DNA of 64,000 nt from Lytechinus pictus (GCF_037042905.1 NC_087263.1:10976001-11040000); one strand, 5' to 3'; shown: positions 39,249 through 52,084, counted from the first letter of the stretch. Program-made: numbers and translations. Notes: a model not told the origin generated them from the letters alone.

Positions 39249-39711
39249 TATAAGCATGAATAAGCGATTCGCCGGAGCAAAATTTTTGCGTCCAGGTTCT
39301 TGTCCCTTTGAATACTTGTCACGCCTTCCAACCAATTAATTACGGCACACATCGTCACTCATTATACTAGTAGTTGCACCCTCACAACATTTCACGGCAA
39401 ACAATTGAGGTAAGGAACTTCTCTACACGCGCCAATAAATTCCTCTTGGCTTGCCAGCCCAATGCCCGGGAACAATAGAAGTGCCAGAACGCGACTGCAC
39501 GGGCTCGTTATGTCGCTCCGCGATGATCGCAAGGGTGCTCTATTGATATGCAAATTCAACCTCATTAACTTCGTGGCGTGCAAGCCCGTGCATGAAAAGT
39601 AATGAGGGCGTGCAAACGCGTTTGTACACCCCTCCCGGATATTGACGTCCCGCCTTATTGTACTCTCATGCATGATTCTACAGTTTTACAAAACACGGTC
39701 AAGTTTTTAAC

Positions 39712-39849
39712 CTTTTTCTCTAAGTCCTTTTCCATGCCCCTCATCTTTTCTTCATACATCCGAGTCACGACGATCGACTTCCAGCTCTTACTGTCGGCCC
39801 CTTCCAACTTTGGCCCTCTCGCCTGCTCTATAGAGAGTTTCTCTTGGAT
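39712..39849 (-). CDS. CEP290: CEP290 exon
   Basis: IQEKLSIEQARGPKLEGADSKSWKSIVVTRMYEEKMRGMEKDLEKK; phase 0-0. Confidence 0.93.
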
Positions 39850-40486
39850 CTGTAATGGAAAGAAGATAAAAAGTAATACATGGTCCCCATTAGAATGATG
39901 GTATTTGAGAAGAATGCTCCTCAGGGAGTGGAGAAAATGCAAGTCACGATAGACTACCAGCTTTTACTGTTGGCTCCTTCTAACTTTGGCCCTCTAGCCT
40001 GGTGGGTGTTTCAAAAAGCTTTTTGCAAGTTACAAGCAACTTTATTGACAAGTGGTGATCCTTATCTTGAGGCAAATAAATCCGTACCAAATTTTCATTG
40101 GTGTGAATGAAGCTAGAAAGGATCACCAGCACCAGTTGTTCGTAAAGTCGCTCGTAACTTACAAACTGTAGCCAAATAAAATTTGACAGCCTCTCCAAGA
40201 AACAAAGCACTTTAAATTCTTTAGTATTTCAGCTAGGTCATTGCCAGGGGGAAGGAAGGTTGTTTTGCCACGGTAGAAGGGGGGGGGGGGGGTGAGGTGA
40301 GGGAGGGGGGGTAAGATGAAGTACACGTTTGACTCATTTGACTTACAAGTAATTAGGAGTTACATGATCAAAGACCCAGACCTCTCATTTGTTTTTTTTT
40401 TTATACTTTTTTTTTCCAGGGAGCATTGCCTATATTATAAGTTTAAGTTAACACAGAATACCTGACCAAGCCAATGGGAGACTCAC

Positions 40487-40693
40487 CTCATCCAGTTGCC
40501 TCTGCAATCTGTTCTTGTCCGTCGTGACCTCTGCCAGGTTGACCCTCATCCTCTGACCCGAGTCGACCTCTCTTTGAAGCTGTTGCCGAAGTCTTTCATT
40601 CTCTGCCATGGCCTTGGCCACGCCCTTCTGAGTGCTCTCGTATCGGGTCGAGAGCTGACCTCCGACCTGGTGCTTCATCTTTGCTAGTTCCTC
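40487..40693 (-). CDS. CEP290: CEP290 exon
   Basis: EELAKMKHQVGGQLSTRYESTQKGVAKAMAENERLRQQLQRE...QLDE; donor gtgagt. Confidence 0.92.
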
Positions 40694-41235
40694 CTAATAA
40701 ATAAAGGAATAGGAGTAACAAAAGATCAGTGATATAGTTGCACAATATGATTATGACAGGGAGTTGGGAGTAACTCCCTGATTATGATATGGAATTATTG
40801 TGATATTGTAACTTAAAAGATTAGACAAAAATGACATTGGCATTCCTGCCAGCTCTGAAACCCAAGAATGAAAATGGGGACAATGAAGAGTTTCCTAAAC
40901 ATTATTACATAGAACAGACAGATTTTTCACAAATATACATGTAGGAACATGGTATGTTGAAGTGGCTCTTTATTTCACCTTATCTACATCTAATCAACAT
41001 CATCTCTATGATCATCAACACCATCGTCTTCCTCCTCCTCATCACCATGATCATAATGATGACCATCATTGTCCTCATCATCGACATCGTCATCAGCATC
41101 ATTATCATCATCATCATAGTCATAATGAACATATTTGTCATAATCATCAACATCATCATCATAGTCATCATCATCACCACCATCGTCTCCATCATCACCA
41201 CTACCACCACCACTATCACCATCATCATTATCATC

Positions 41236-41266
<31 letters not shown>

Positions 41267-41322
41267 CCATCATTATCATCATCACCACCATCGACCATCA
41301 TAATCAATGACATCATCCTGAC

Positions 41323-41484
41323 CTTTAATTCTTTGTTCTGAATCTTGAGTGTATGAATCTCTGTCTGAGTGGTGACGCCAGGAGCCTTCTTCAGCTGTTC
41401 ATTCTCTTGCTGAACTCTCTCTACAACCTTCTTCATCAGCCCGACGGTCCTCTCGAGCTCTGGGATGGACTTTCCACTTGTACC
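41323..41484 (-). CDS. CEP290: CEP290 exon
   Basis: GTSGKSIPELERTVGLMKKVVERVQQENEQLKKAPG...NKELK; phase 0-0. Confidence 0.93.
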
Positions 41485-42499
41485 CTGTCGAGAAATATCC
41501 AAGAATAATAATCGATTGAGTTTGATAGGTAGGTCTGGGAGCCGTCTTAGAAAGAGTTAGGACTGATCCAATCAGCCTTAAGTATATGGAAATCCAGCAA
41601 TGTCATATTTTTTTTCTGCAGGAAATTTGCACAATGTCCCTTTGTAAACAATGAGAAGCACACTGAATTTTCAAGAAAACTATGAATGTATGAATATACA
41701 TGTACGTCATATCTAGAAAATATTTTGAACAAACATGCATTTTAGATGTTGACCTTGCTGGCTCTCCATATTTGAGGTTGATCGGATCAATCGTAACTCT
41801 TTGTGAGATGGGGCCATGAAATCATACAAGCATGCACTGTACAGGGGTGTTTCATAAAGGAGCTACAAATAATTACACTAAAAAACATTTAGGCAGGACA
41901 TTATACAACCAAACAAGGCTTAACAAAAGTATAGTGAGGAAATATTCATCCGGGATTGTACTGGCAAGTATGATATTTCTCCCAAAGGGTTATTTTGACA
42001 GTCAAGCAAGAATAATTTCGAAATAAACGGCTGGTATACCTTGCTTTATATTCCTCAAGTATGAATGAGAAATCTCCGCAGTCTTATCCTAGGGGTCCGA
42101 ATCCCCACTCCGGACCATATTCTTTCAGCAACCGAGCTAAGCAGAATCGGACCAGGGTCTGTGTCACTCATTGCCAGATTTGCTCAATAAAGACAACATG
42201 CTGGTTGTTGTGCCAGAATAATGGCGAGAGCGCCAAAAAGCTTTCAATGCATGCTCAATGATATATTGAGCATGCCCAGATCTGATCCAGCCAATAAAAA
42301 AAAACCCATCTTTGGTCATGTGAACACTGACTGACCAATCATTTATTTAGGATACCCATGAATATTCAGAGTGATATAATGTTAACAATTTAAGAGCAAA
42401 TGATATATCATTTCAAAGATTACAAATTGCTTTTCAAACTTTATATAATTTGGACTTAATCATTGGTGATTTCATGCTAGTTGGTCATAATGATTTCAC

Positions 42500-42775
42500 C
42501 TTCTTGGTAGTTCCACCGCTCGAGGTACTGGCAAGTTTACTGGCTGCAGCTCTGCTCTTCTTCCTTTCCTTCTCAAGGTCGGACTTCAGAGCTTCGTTGT
42601 ATCTCTCCAGATCATCCACCCTTTGTTTCAGTCGCGGGACGTCCCGTTTGGCTTGCTCCGCCTCGAACCTCAGCTCCAGGTTCTCCTGCGACACCTCCAG
42701 GAGCTGACGCTGGAGCTCCGTCTCCCTCTCTGCCGATCTGAGGCCAGGAGCACTGGCCGAAGTTCTGACTTCATC
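42500..42775 (-). CDS. CEP290: CEP290 exon
   Basis: DEVRTSASAPG...ENLELRFEAEQAKRDVPRLK...GGTTKK; phase 0-0. Confidence 0.9.
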
Positions 42776-44011
42776 CTGGAGAACAGAGAAAGGCACATTG
42801 AGCTTAAACAACAGAGCTACCAAATTTTATATTCACCTTTCAAAAAGAATTTACTGAGGAAGGAGGGAGATCGTTCTGTACCCCTTAACACAAAGGTCAG
42901 CGATTGATCGCTAAATGAGATCGCCTATCAAAAATACTGATGCATGCGCGTTTTGCTCAGTAGACAAACTAAGAGCCAATCACAACCGTTCTTTCAAATT
43001 AGTGATTAATCGCTAACCTTTGTGTCACGGGGCGCAGGACTACACATAATCCAAGGAAAACAGTCAGTTTATGAATAAGGGAGATATTGATCATCTGTCA
43101 TTTTTCACTAAACAAAAAACAGTCTATTTTCAGAGAGTCTCCCTGACAATCAGGGAGACCTGACATTCCTGAATCAGGGAGCGTTAAAGAGGAATACGAC
43201 TAAAGGACAAGTTAAGGCCCTGTCACATCATTCCATGCAAGCCTTGCGGGTGAGTTGCAGGTGATTGCCCGCAACTCACCCGCAACAAAGTTTTGAGCAT
43301 GTTCAAAACTTTTCTGTGTGCAAATAAGACTTGCATGCTTTTCTGCGGGCAACTGCTTCTGAGATACGTGCAAGATACTGTCAAAGCTGGCGACCTCCTG
43401 ATAGCTGAAATAGTCATCCACAAGCCACACAAGGGTTGCACGGAACAATGGGACAGGACCTTTACTATAAAAGGGAAAAAAATAGGAGCAGGTTGTTAGA
43501 AGTTAAGACAAAATAAGACAAATGATAAGAAAGCTGTGATTTTTTTAGAAGTAAAAATATTGTAATCATTATGCACATGGGGATTTTGATTTAGCAGCAT
43601 TGATAATGTCATTGTGATGGAGTGTAGGGAATACTCACTTTGCTCTAATACACAAAATGACTTAGGGGACGTAGCAAGAAAATATTTGCAATCAATTGTA
43701 AATATTCTGGTGATCCATTTTAGTTGTAGCAAATCACACCACACCCCTTGTTTGAAGAAGCAGATTAGCAATCAATCGCAAATTGTTATTTAATTGCAAG
43801 ACATATAATTGATTTAGGGACCAAAAATAGACTTATAATTGATGGCAAGTTTCTTGTAACGCCCAGTAAGATATCGTTTCCTTCAAAACTTTTACTCAGA
43901 ATCAAAATTTTTCTTCCAATAGAACATACATCATTATACTTTTGATGTTATATTTGATTATTTCCATCGGTGTCACACCAATATACCTTCAAGATAATTT
44001 TTTGTACTTAC

Positions 44012-44155
44012 TGTTGCAGTGATTCTTTCTCTTTCAGAGATATCAAGTCTCCTCTGAAGGCTATCTAGCTTCTCATTCAGAAACAGGTTCTTCTGTTGCA
44101 GGTCTTGGACTACCGATCCATGGCCCAGGGCTTGCTGTCTTCGGAGGGACGAGAT
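44012..44155 (-). CDS. CEP290: CEP290 exon
   Basis: ISSLRRQQALGHGSVVQDLQQKNLFLNEKLDSLQRRLDISERERITAT; donor gtaagt. Confidence 0.9.
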
Positions 44156-44640
44156 CTGTGAGAAATTATCCAAATTAACAAAATTGATTCAGAAATAAAG
44201 GAATGAGAGCAAGTTGAAAGAAAACTTGACCCCTAGATGACCTTTGATCCCATCATCCTCATGAACACACATGTGGTATTAACCCATGATTATTTGAACC
44301 ATGTGTAATCATAATTGATGCAGAAATGAATACATAAGAGCAAGTTGAACCAAAGTTTGATCATTTGACCCCTAGATGACCTTTGATCCCATCATCCTCA
44401 TGAACACACATGTGGTATTACCCAAGGATCATTTGAACCAAGTGTAGTCATATTTGACGTAGAAATAAAGAAAATGAGAGCATGTTTAGCAAAACTTTTA
44501 AAAGGATGGACATGACCTCAAATCATTTTGGCCTTTTGAACCCTAGATGACCTTTGACCCCCATCATCTTCATGGACACCAATATGGCATTACCCAAGGA
44601 TCATATGTACCAAGTGTGAATATGATTGATGCAGAAATTA

Positions 44641-45627
44641 AACAAGTGGAATGCCTCTGGCCGTCTCACCTGCATCACGCGATTCAATATAGCAGCAGTG
44701 CTGATTTTGAAAACTACTATAACTCGCACAAGATGTTCAGTGATACTTGGTTACTCTTATTTCCACGTTTTATGAACTAGACCAATACACTTATAGAGAT
44801 ATGATGGCAATTCAACAAATACCCCCAACGTGGCCAAAGTTCTTTGACCTTAACATGACCTTTGACCTTGATCATGTGACCTGAAACTTGCACAGGATGT
44901 TCAGTGATACTTGATTACTATTATGTCCAAGTTTTATGAACTAGACCAACACACTTTCAAATTTATGGCTGTAATTCAACAAATACCCCAATTTGGCCAA
45001 AGTTCATTGACCCTAAATGACCTTTGACCTTGATCATGTAACCTGAAACTTGCACAGGATGTTCAGTAATACTTGATTACTATTATGTCCAAGTTTCATG
45101 AATCAGATCCATAAACTTTCAAAGTTATGATGGTAATTCAACAGATACCCCCAATTCGGCTAAAGTTCATTGACCCTAAATGACCTTTGACCTTGGTCAT
45201 GTGATGTGAAACTCAAGCAGGATGTTCATTGATACTTGATTAACCTTATGTATAAGTTTCATGAACTAGGTCCATATATTTTCTAAGTTATGATGACATT
45301 TCAAAAACTTAACCTTAGGTTAAGATTTTGATGTTGATTCCCCCAACATGGTCTAAGTTCATTGACCCTAAATGACCTTTGACCTTGGTCATGTGACATG
45401 AAACTCAGGCAGGATGTTCAGTAATACTTGATTAACCTTATGGCCAAGTTTCATGAACTAGGTCCATATACTTTCTAAGTTATGCTGTCATTTCAAAAAC
45501 TTAACCTCAGGTTAAGATTTGGTGTTGACGCCGCCGCCGCCGTCGCCGTCGCCGCCGCCGCCGCCGTCGCCGCCGTCGGAAAAGCGGCGCCTATAGTCTC
45601 ACTCTGCTATGCAGGTGAGACAAAAAA
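44641..45627 (-). mobile_element. Helentron-associated (DINE/HINE-like) non-autonomous element
   Basis: Subterminal inverted repeats GTCTCACCTGCAT/ATGCAGGTGAGAC, short partial IR near the 5' end, (GGC)n microsatellite, internal ~160-200-bp TGACCTTTGACC repeats, inserted in a T/A run. Confidence 0.75.
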
Positions 45628-46163
45628 TGAGAGCAAGTTGGGCAAAAACTTTTACAACACTTTTGTATCAGACTTACAGACCGAAAAACTAACAGACTAA
45701 CTTTCTTGATTGTGATTGGCTAAGAAGCACTGTTATGGTAGCTGTAAGATAAAACGTCTGACAAGTCCTTTCATGAAATGCTCCCCCGATAATCAAAGAT
45801 TCTTTATAGTTTGAACCATTCGATTGTTTAACCTGGCGAACAATAGAATGTGGAAAATAATGGTATCCATTCCAGGCCCCCATCTTACAAAGAGTTACGA
45901 TTGATCCAATCAATCATAACTCTATGGAAATCCATCAGTATCATAATTTTTTTCTCTAGGAAATTTGCACAATGTCATTTGAAATCAAAGAGAAGCATAC
46001 TGAATTGTCAAGAAAACAGTTAATGTATGAATATACCTCGAAACTAGAAAATATTTTGAAGAAACATGTATTTTAGATGTTGACGTTGCTGGCTTTCCAT
46101 AGTTGTGATTGATTGGATCAATCGTAACTTCGGTCTGGTATGTCTACAATTTTTTTTGGTTAC

Positions 46164-46290
46164 CTCTTCTTCCAAGCGATAGTTCTTCCGTCTCAGGTCC
46201 TCCATGTCCGCCAGCGTTGCGGATGAGGTTTCCACTGCTGCAGGTTTCTTGAGTGTTTCACCGCGGACACTTGATTTCTGCCTCTCACTC
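46164..46290 (-). CDS. CEP290: CEP290 exon
   Basis: SERQKSSVRGETLKKPAAVETSSATLADMEDLRRKNYRLEEE; phase 2-0. Confidence 0.87.
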
Positions 46291-47694
46291 CTTTATAGAA
46301 TACAAGACAAAGTGAGAGATAGAAGGGGAAATGAGAAGAGAAATAGATGAGGGAAAGGGGGAAGGAGGGATGAAGGGAGAGAAAGAGAGACAGAGACAAA
46401 GCAGGAAAGAGTGGGAAAAAGAGAGAGAGAGAGAGAACATGTTAATATCTACAAGTTCAGGGTTAGGTCTATCTGCTTTTTAATCTTGGACTCTTGTATG
46501 AAAAGCAGACAAGGGGGATTCTGTATGGTGACACAACATTTGCTCCATCGACAATTGCCTTGGGCTTTATTTTGTCTAAGATATAGGGTAAGGGTTAGTA
46601 TTGCAGTAGGATTTTATGCTAGGTTCAGGGTTAGGTTTAGGATAGGGTATAGCGTCATATCTAGAGTTGAAGTTGGTCATTTCATTAGTGTGTGGGATTT
46701 ACAGTGAAGCAACTGTCGCTGGAGCAAATGACATGGAACATTCTGTATAACCAAGATCCGGTCCTGGTCTTACAATAAACATTTGTCATCCAATAGTAAC
46801 TACCTTGATGACAGTGCTCGACAGCTAATCAAAGTCATGGTTTCTGTGCTAGTTATCATGGGATGGCAAAGTTACTGTAATAGCAACTTTTACCGCTCTG
46901 TCACATGGTTCCGTGCAAGCCTCGCGATGAGTTAATCACTCACAGCAAGTTTAGAGCATGTTGTACAACGCCCACTTAGCTTGTTGTCCGCGAGCAAATG
47001 AGAGGCTGAATGTCAAACATTCGTACCGTTGCACACAAGACGTACCGTTGCACGGCTTTAGGAGGTGACGTCACAATACGATTTAATTCATTGCGCTCAG
47101 TAAAATGAAGGCCTGTAAAATATAAGCCTGCTGGCTAAATGCGCAATGCTGCCCAAGGTCATGTGCGCTTGTGGGATTTTGCTTTTCGCTTTCAATTTTT
47201 TTGCTCCCTTTTCATAGATGACTGCAGGGAAAAACTTTTTTTTAATATTTTCGCTAAATTCCGAGGCGTTGTACAACACAAATAGCGAATATTCTTATTC
47301 GTGCAATGGTGTGAGATTTTGCATTCGGTGAAAGAAAGAGACGCTCTATTCAACTCGGCAAACGCCTCGTTGAATAGAGCATCTTTCTTTCACCTCATGC
47401 GAAATCTCGCACCATCGCACTCATGCCTATTCGATATTTGTATACTGGCAAATCAGACTTGAGCACGCCCCTGCGAGATGCTGTCAATGCCGGCGACCTG
47501 CAAGTTGTAAATTAAAATAATCATGCGCAACTCGTACGCAAGGCTTGCACAGAATAATGTGACAGGGCCTTAAATGCCATGGGGCCATGATCAATTAAAA
47601 TCAATGTGACTTTAAAATTGATCTTATCATTGTGCTTATGTGCACAAATCAACTCCAAGATTGCTACACATGATGAAAGATTTCTGTAACTCAC

Positions 47695-47837
47695 CTACTG
47701 AGGGTTTCCTTCATCATCTTATTGCTTTTCTGCAGCTGTTCGATTTCTTTATCCTTTTCCCTGAGTTTGGCCTTCAAAGATTCTAATCTCTTTTCCCATT
47801 TCTTGCTTTCCTCCCATTTCGCTACCTCCACAGCCGA
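47695..47837 (-). CDS. CEP290: CEP290 exon
   Basis: SAVEVAKWEESKKWEKRLESLKAKLREKDKEIEQLQKSNKMMKETLS; phase 0-2, donor gtgagt. Confidence 0.92.
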
Positions 47838-48073
47838 CTGCAATCAGAGAGAGAAGGAAACAAAAGGCATTGGGTGATTTCAAGTTCAGTGTCGACTTTT
47901 GGTGTTGGTGTTAGGTCATTTTTTACACGAGTATAACACCATTCATAGAATGAAGATGGTCCTGAAAAGTCACTCACTACATGTAGTTGTTGAGGTGATC
48001 TGGATCAGTTCTACAATCTCTGAATAAGTTCTGGAGCTACATGTAGGGGAAGCAATCCAAATTGTGCTTCCAC

Positions 48074-48506
48074 AGAGATGCCAACTTCTTTTGTTGATTT
48101 TCTGCCATTTCGTGTCAATATCAACCCATCAATACGCCGAAATCACACACCGATATTCCACCGCACGACTCAACAAATCCAGCTGCCGCGAGCGGCCGAG
48201 CGCACACGCCTCGCGAAGCTAGCCGGGCCTACCGGCCTGGTGCACAGTGGATTCCCGTTGGGCATATCACATGCACCAGCTTTTCGCTGCTCCTTATTTG
48301 TCTGCCTTACACACAGAATTTAGTAGCAGCGAACGTAATGGAGTTACTACATGCTAAAGTTAGCAGACGATACATGTACCTCCAATCCAATTTGATCAAT
48401 GCAAAAAAATTGTAATTTCGGGAGGATAAGGATGGTTATCGTAAGGGCGGGAGTTGGGATGAATTTTCGGGAGCCTCCCGATTTCATCGGGTGGGTTGGC
48501 ATCTCT
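48074..48506. mobile_element. MITE with 8-bp TSD (hAT- or P-like)
   Basis: TIRs AGAGATGCCAAC / GTTGGCATCTCT; flanks GCTTCCAC / GCTTCCAA. Confidence 0.7.
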
Positions 48507-48834
48507 GCTTCCAACACCAACACCAACACCGGACTTGAAATCATCCAGTGAGAATGTAATTAAACATTTCAACAATTTCTGACATTCTAGGACCCCCAGA
48601 GCAGAATTTTCCATAATGAATGTATGCATCAAATAAAGAGAATAAAGCCTGCTCTGCAAGGTTATGAGCATGTGCATGTTGAAAAATAGTCAAGTCCAAG
48701 ATTCACATTGTATATGTGCCAAATGTGCACTTTATGTTCAAGACCTATGTACAAGATTAATGTTTGTATGACACTTACTGTAGCCATCTCTGTGTTTGTT
48801 TTCCTTTTTCTGGAAAGTGATAATAAACTTTTAC

Positions 48835-48957
48835 CTGTTCTTTCTTACTGCCCGTCTCTGTCATTTTCTTGCTGCTGATGAGCTGAGCTTCAAGGTGGCG
48901 GACCTTCCTCTTCAAAGCAGATACCTCGTCAATATCTCCCACATCTCTCTCTGGTTC
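48835..48957 (-). CDS. CEP290: CEP290 exon
   Basis: EPERDVGDIDEVSALKRKVRHLEAQLISSKKMTETGSKKEQ; phase 0-0. Confidence 0.85.
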
Positions 48958-49425
48958 CTTCATATAAATAAAAAATTTTAAAAGGCATGACATAACGAGA
49001 GCTGCCAACCTAAGTGGACAAAATTTTCTGTGAAAAATACTATTTTTGCCACACATACATCACTAGAAAAATGTTAACAAGGAAACTAGCATGCCAGTGC
49101 TAAACATTACTACTAACTTTAAAATTTACATTTTACAAAATATACATGCATGTATATGTGCATTATCTATATTAGCTTCTTGTCCATGTGTCCTTGTTAT
49201 TACTGTACCTTTGAATATTTGATGCAAATTCCTTTGCTATTTTGGCTATCGAGAAACATTTCACTTAGATGGTCTGCTCATAAAAACGGCAGGACACGAA
49301 ATCTAAATAGTGTTTTACACATATAAATTACGGCATACATAACACACACAATTAGAAAGGAGAAAAATCAAATTTTATTGAGATAAATCCTACTGTCCTA
49401 TTCTCAAGCAAAAATCCTACAAAAT

Positions 49426-49915
49426 AGGATGATGGTGATGATGATGATGTTTGTCTTTCGCCGGCGAAGACGACCACACCTTCAAAAATTTTGTGGGTAT
49501 GAAGATGGCTCGATAGACCACTCTTCACCCGAAAAAGTATGTTGCAGTGTGGGTAAGCAAAAACAAGCAGTGGGGCAGGCACAGCAATGGAGCTTGCTTT
49601 GTCTTCTCGAAGCTGGCCTGTTTGTTCTTGCTTGTCCACATGTCTCGACTCATAGCCACACACACCAGCCCTAACCATGGTGTGCCAGGCAGAATGGCTG
49701 ATTCCTCCCAGGTGTCGGGGTTTATGCCACAGCACTTCAGAGAAGCTTTTAGAGAGTCTAAGTCACTTCTTCTGACCACCATGAGAGCACTTTACTTCTA
49801 TTAGCTCGCCGTAGAGAAGTCTCTTTGGCAACGCTCGTCTGCCATTTTGTGGACATGACCTGCCCATCTGAGCTGAGAGCGCTTGAGTATTGCATGAATA
49901 CTTTTCATCCGAGCT
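49426..49915 (-). mobile_element. RTE-clade LINE, degenerate 3' fragment
   Basis: Translates SQLRWAGHVHKMADER..PKRLLYGEL..HGGQKK..DSLKASLKCCGINPDTWEESA with frameshifts, then a degenerate C2H2-like motif and a (CAT)n tail. Confidence 0.85.
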
Positions 49916-50024
49916 CTCAGCAGAACTTATGTGTCTGGCACATTGACAAAATAGGATAAAATTCTACTGGTTGGCAGCTCTGCATAAAACTTATACAAAA
50001 CATACTAAGTAAAGTAGACCCCAC

Positions 50025-50123
50025 CTGTTGTGTTGTTTGAAGCTTCAAAACCTCAACTTCTCTGTCCAGATCATCTCTCTCTGACTCCACCTTGGAAACT
50101 TTCTTTGTCTTCTTTACTAAATC
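50025..50123 (-). CDS. CEP290: CEP290 exon
   Basis: DLVKKTKKVSKVESERDDLDREVEVLKLQTTQQ; acceptor ttttacag, phase 0-0. Confidence 0.85.
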
Positions 50124-50796
50124 CTGTAAAAGAACCATCACACATAAACAAGTGAAGGTTTCCATGGTAACAGGAAAGTGGCGTCACACTTTCCTGCTAT
50201 AACTCTTTTGCACTCTCATTACATAATCATACAAGTAGCTATGGTGACACAACATTTGCTCCGGTTTGAGTTTCGATTGTAATAGAGTTTTGGGTTCAGA
50301 ATAATGTACAGATAAGGATTAGGGTTTATTTAGTTTGGGAGGACAGGTTTTATGTTTGGCTTTTCGAGCAGATTTTCCATCAGGGCAAATGTTGTCAGAG
50401 CACATGCCATTGAACCGTAGCTACAGTCTACTATAAATGGCAAAACTCTCTAAAACCATTGAAGTTAGATCTCCAAATCAATCACAAGTTTTGCATTCAC
50501 ATGATTGCTGCTTACAACTAAAGGACATGTATGAAACTAATGCTACAGCCATACTTACTGTAAATGAAAATTGCAATCAATCAAAAATAAGTTTCTTGCA
50601 AAACCTCCTTTAGCACCTGAACACTCCAAACTGGGTTGTCTTTTGGCACAATCCCAGCTAAGTTCTTTTCTCTTATCCTCTCATTTCAGCTCAGACAAAA
50701 TTAATGTGTAATGCGGAAGGTGAAAGTCGCAGAGTGGCAATCCAGACAAACGGACGGGAAAAGGCATGTGTAAAGGTGCCTCAGATTAAGACTCAC

Positions 50797-51042
50797 CTCT
50801 TTGACCTCATCCAGTTCTTTCGTCAGACTGGACACCTGAACCTTGAACTTCTTGACCTCTCTTCTAGCCTGGTCAAGTCGGCCCTGGGTCTCCTCCAAGA
50901 CGTCTTTAATCTTCTTGGTTTCCTTCTCAATCAGCTTCTGGACGTTGATCTGTTGTTCCTGCTCCGAAGCCTGAGCCTTTGCATTCTGCTGGGCCGTGTC
51001 TACCATGTCTGCACGTAGCTGCAGCAATGCCTTGCTGAGCGA
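50797..51042 (-). CDS. CEP290: CEP290 exon
   Basis: SLSKALLQLRADMVDTAQQ...ELDEVKE; donor gtgagt. Confidence 0.92.
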
Positions 51043-51844
51043 CTGTAGATTGAAAACACCACACAGAAATGAAGGCATGGGACTAGTTGTACAAGTCCAC
51101 TACAACAACAAATCAATTACAGTGAAGGATCAAATAAGCTTGTCGGACCTTCGAGCTTCAACCCCATTACCCCCAAAATCTGAACAGTTCTTCAATTAGT
51201 GCAAAAAACAAGATATTTTAACGTGTATATAAACATTTGTGACCTTTGACCCTGATAATCCAAAATTTATGAAAACTCTGCTATAACCACACTTGGGTCA
51301 AGCTTAAAGAAGATCCCTTTTTTACTCATACTTTTTTTATATACATGAATCTCAAATGAAAATGAGATTGGGATATCAAAACATAATGTGCTTATGATAA
51401 TAATCATGATGGTCTTGGAGATATGAATCGGACGGTAAACTGACGATTTGTCTATTGCCAACTGGTCCACTCATCGAAGGTCTACCTTCATTTAGTCTAA
51501 TGCCATTCTGTCCGTCAACATTTCGTCTAACAGCCATTTGGTCCATCACTTTGTCTAATCACCAGTTCGTCTATGACCCTTACGTCTCACAACCAGTTGG
51601 TCTAATACCAATTTTCTTTTCATTTGTTTCGCCCAATCAACACTTAGTCCATCTAGACCAAATGGTATACGGACTAAATGGCTACTGGACCAACTGGTTA
51701 CTAGACAAAATGGTGAGTGGACCAAATTGGCAGTTAGACCATGTGGATAGTGGACGAACTGATGGTAGACCATATGATAGTAGACGCATTGGTAATTGGA
51801 CGAATTTGTTTTAGACCAATTGGAAATAAACCAATTGGACAAAC

Positions 51845-52058
51845 CTTATGCTGCTTCTCCTTGAGAGAGAGCTCATTCTTCAACCGATCAACCATGTTCT
51901 TCATGGTGGTCGTAGGTGCCTTGGAGTTTGCTGCCCTCTGTTGTTCAAGCTCCGTTTCCAATCGTTCAATCTCGGCCTCTTTGTCTTTGATGGTCTCGAG
52001 ATGGTTGGAGATCTCAGATTCTAGCTTCGTGGTTTGTTTATTGTGCTCTGCAATGAGC
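51845..52058 (-). CDS. CEP290: CEP290 exon
   Basis: LIAEHNKQ...NSKAPTTTMKNMVDRLKNELSLKEKQHK; phase 2-0. Confidence 0.92.
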
Positions 52059-52084
52059 CTAAAACAAAGATGATATAAAGATAT

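Noticed and set aside
49352..49915. Active retrotransposon
   Set aside because: Only a frameshifted ~490-bp 3' end of an RTE LINE; the endonuclease and RT core are absent.
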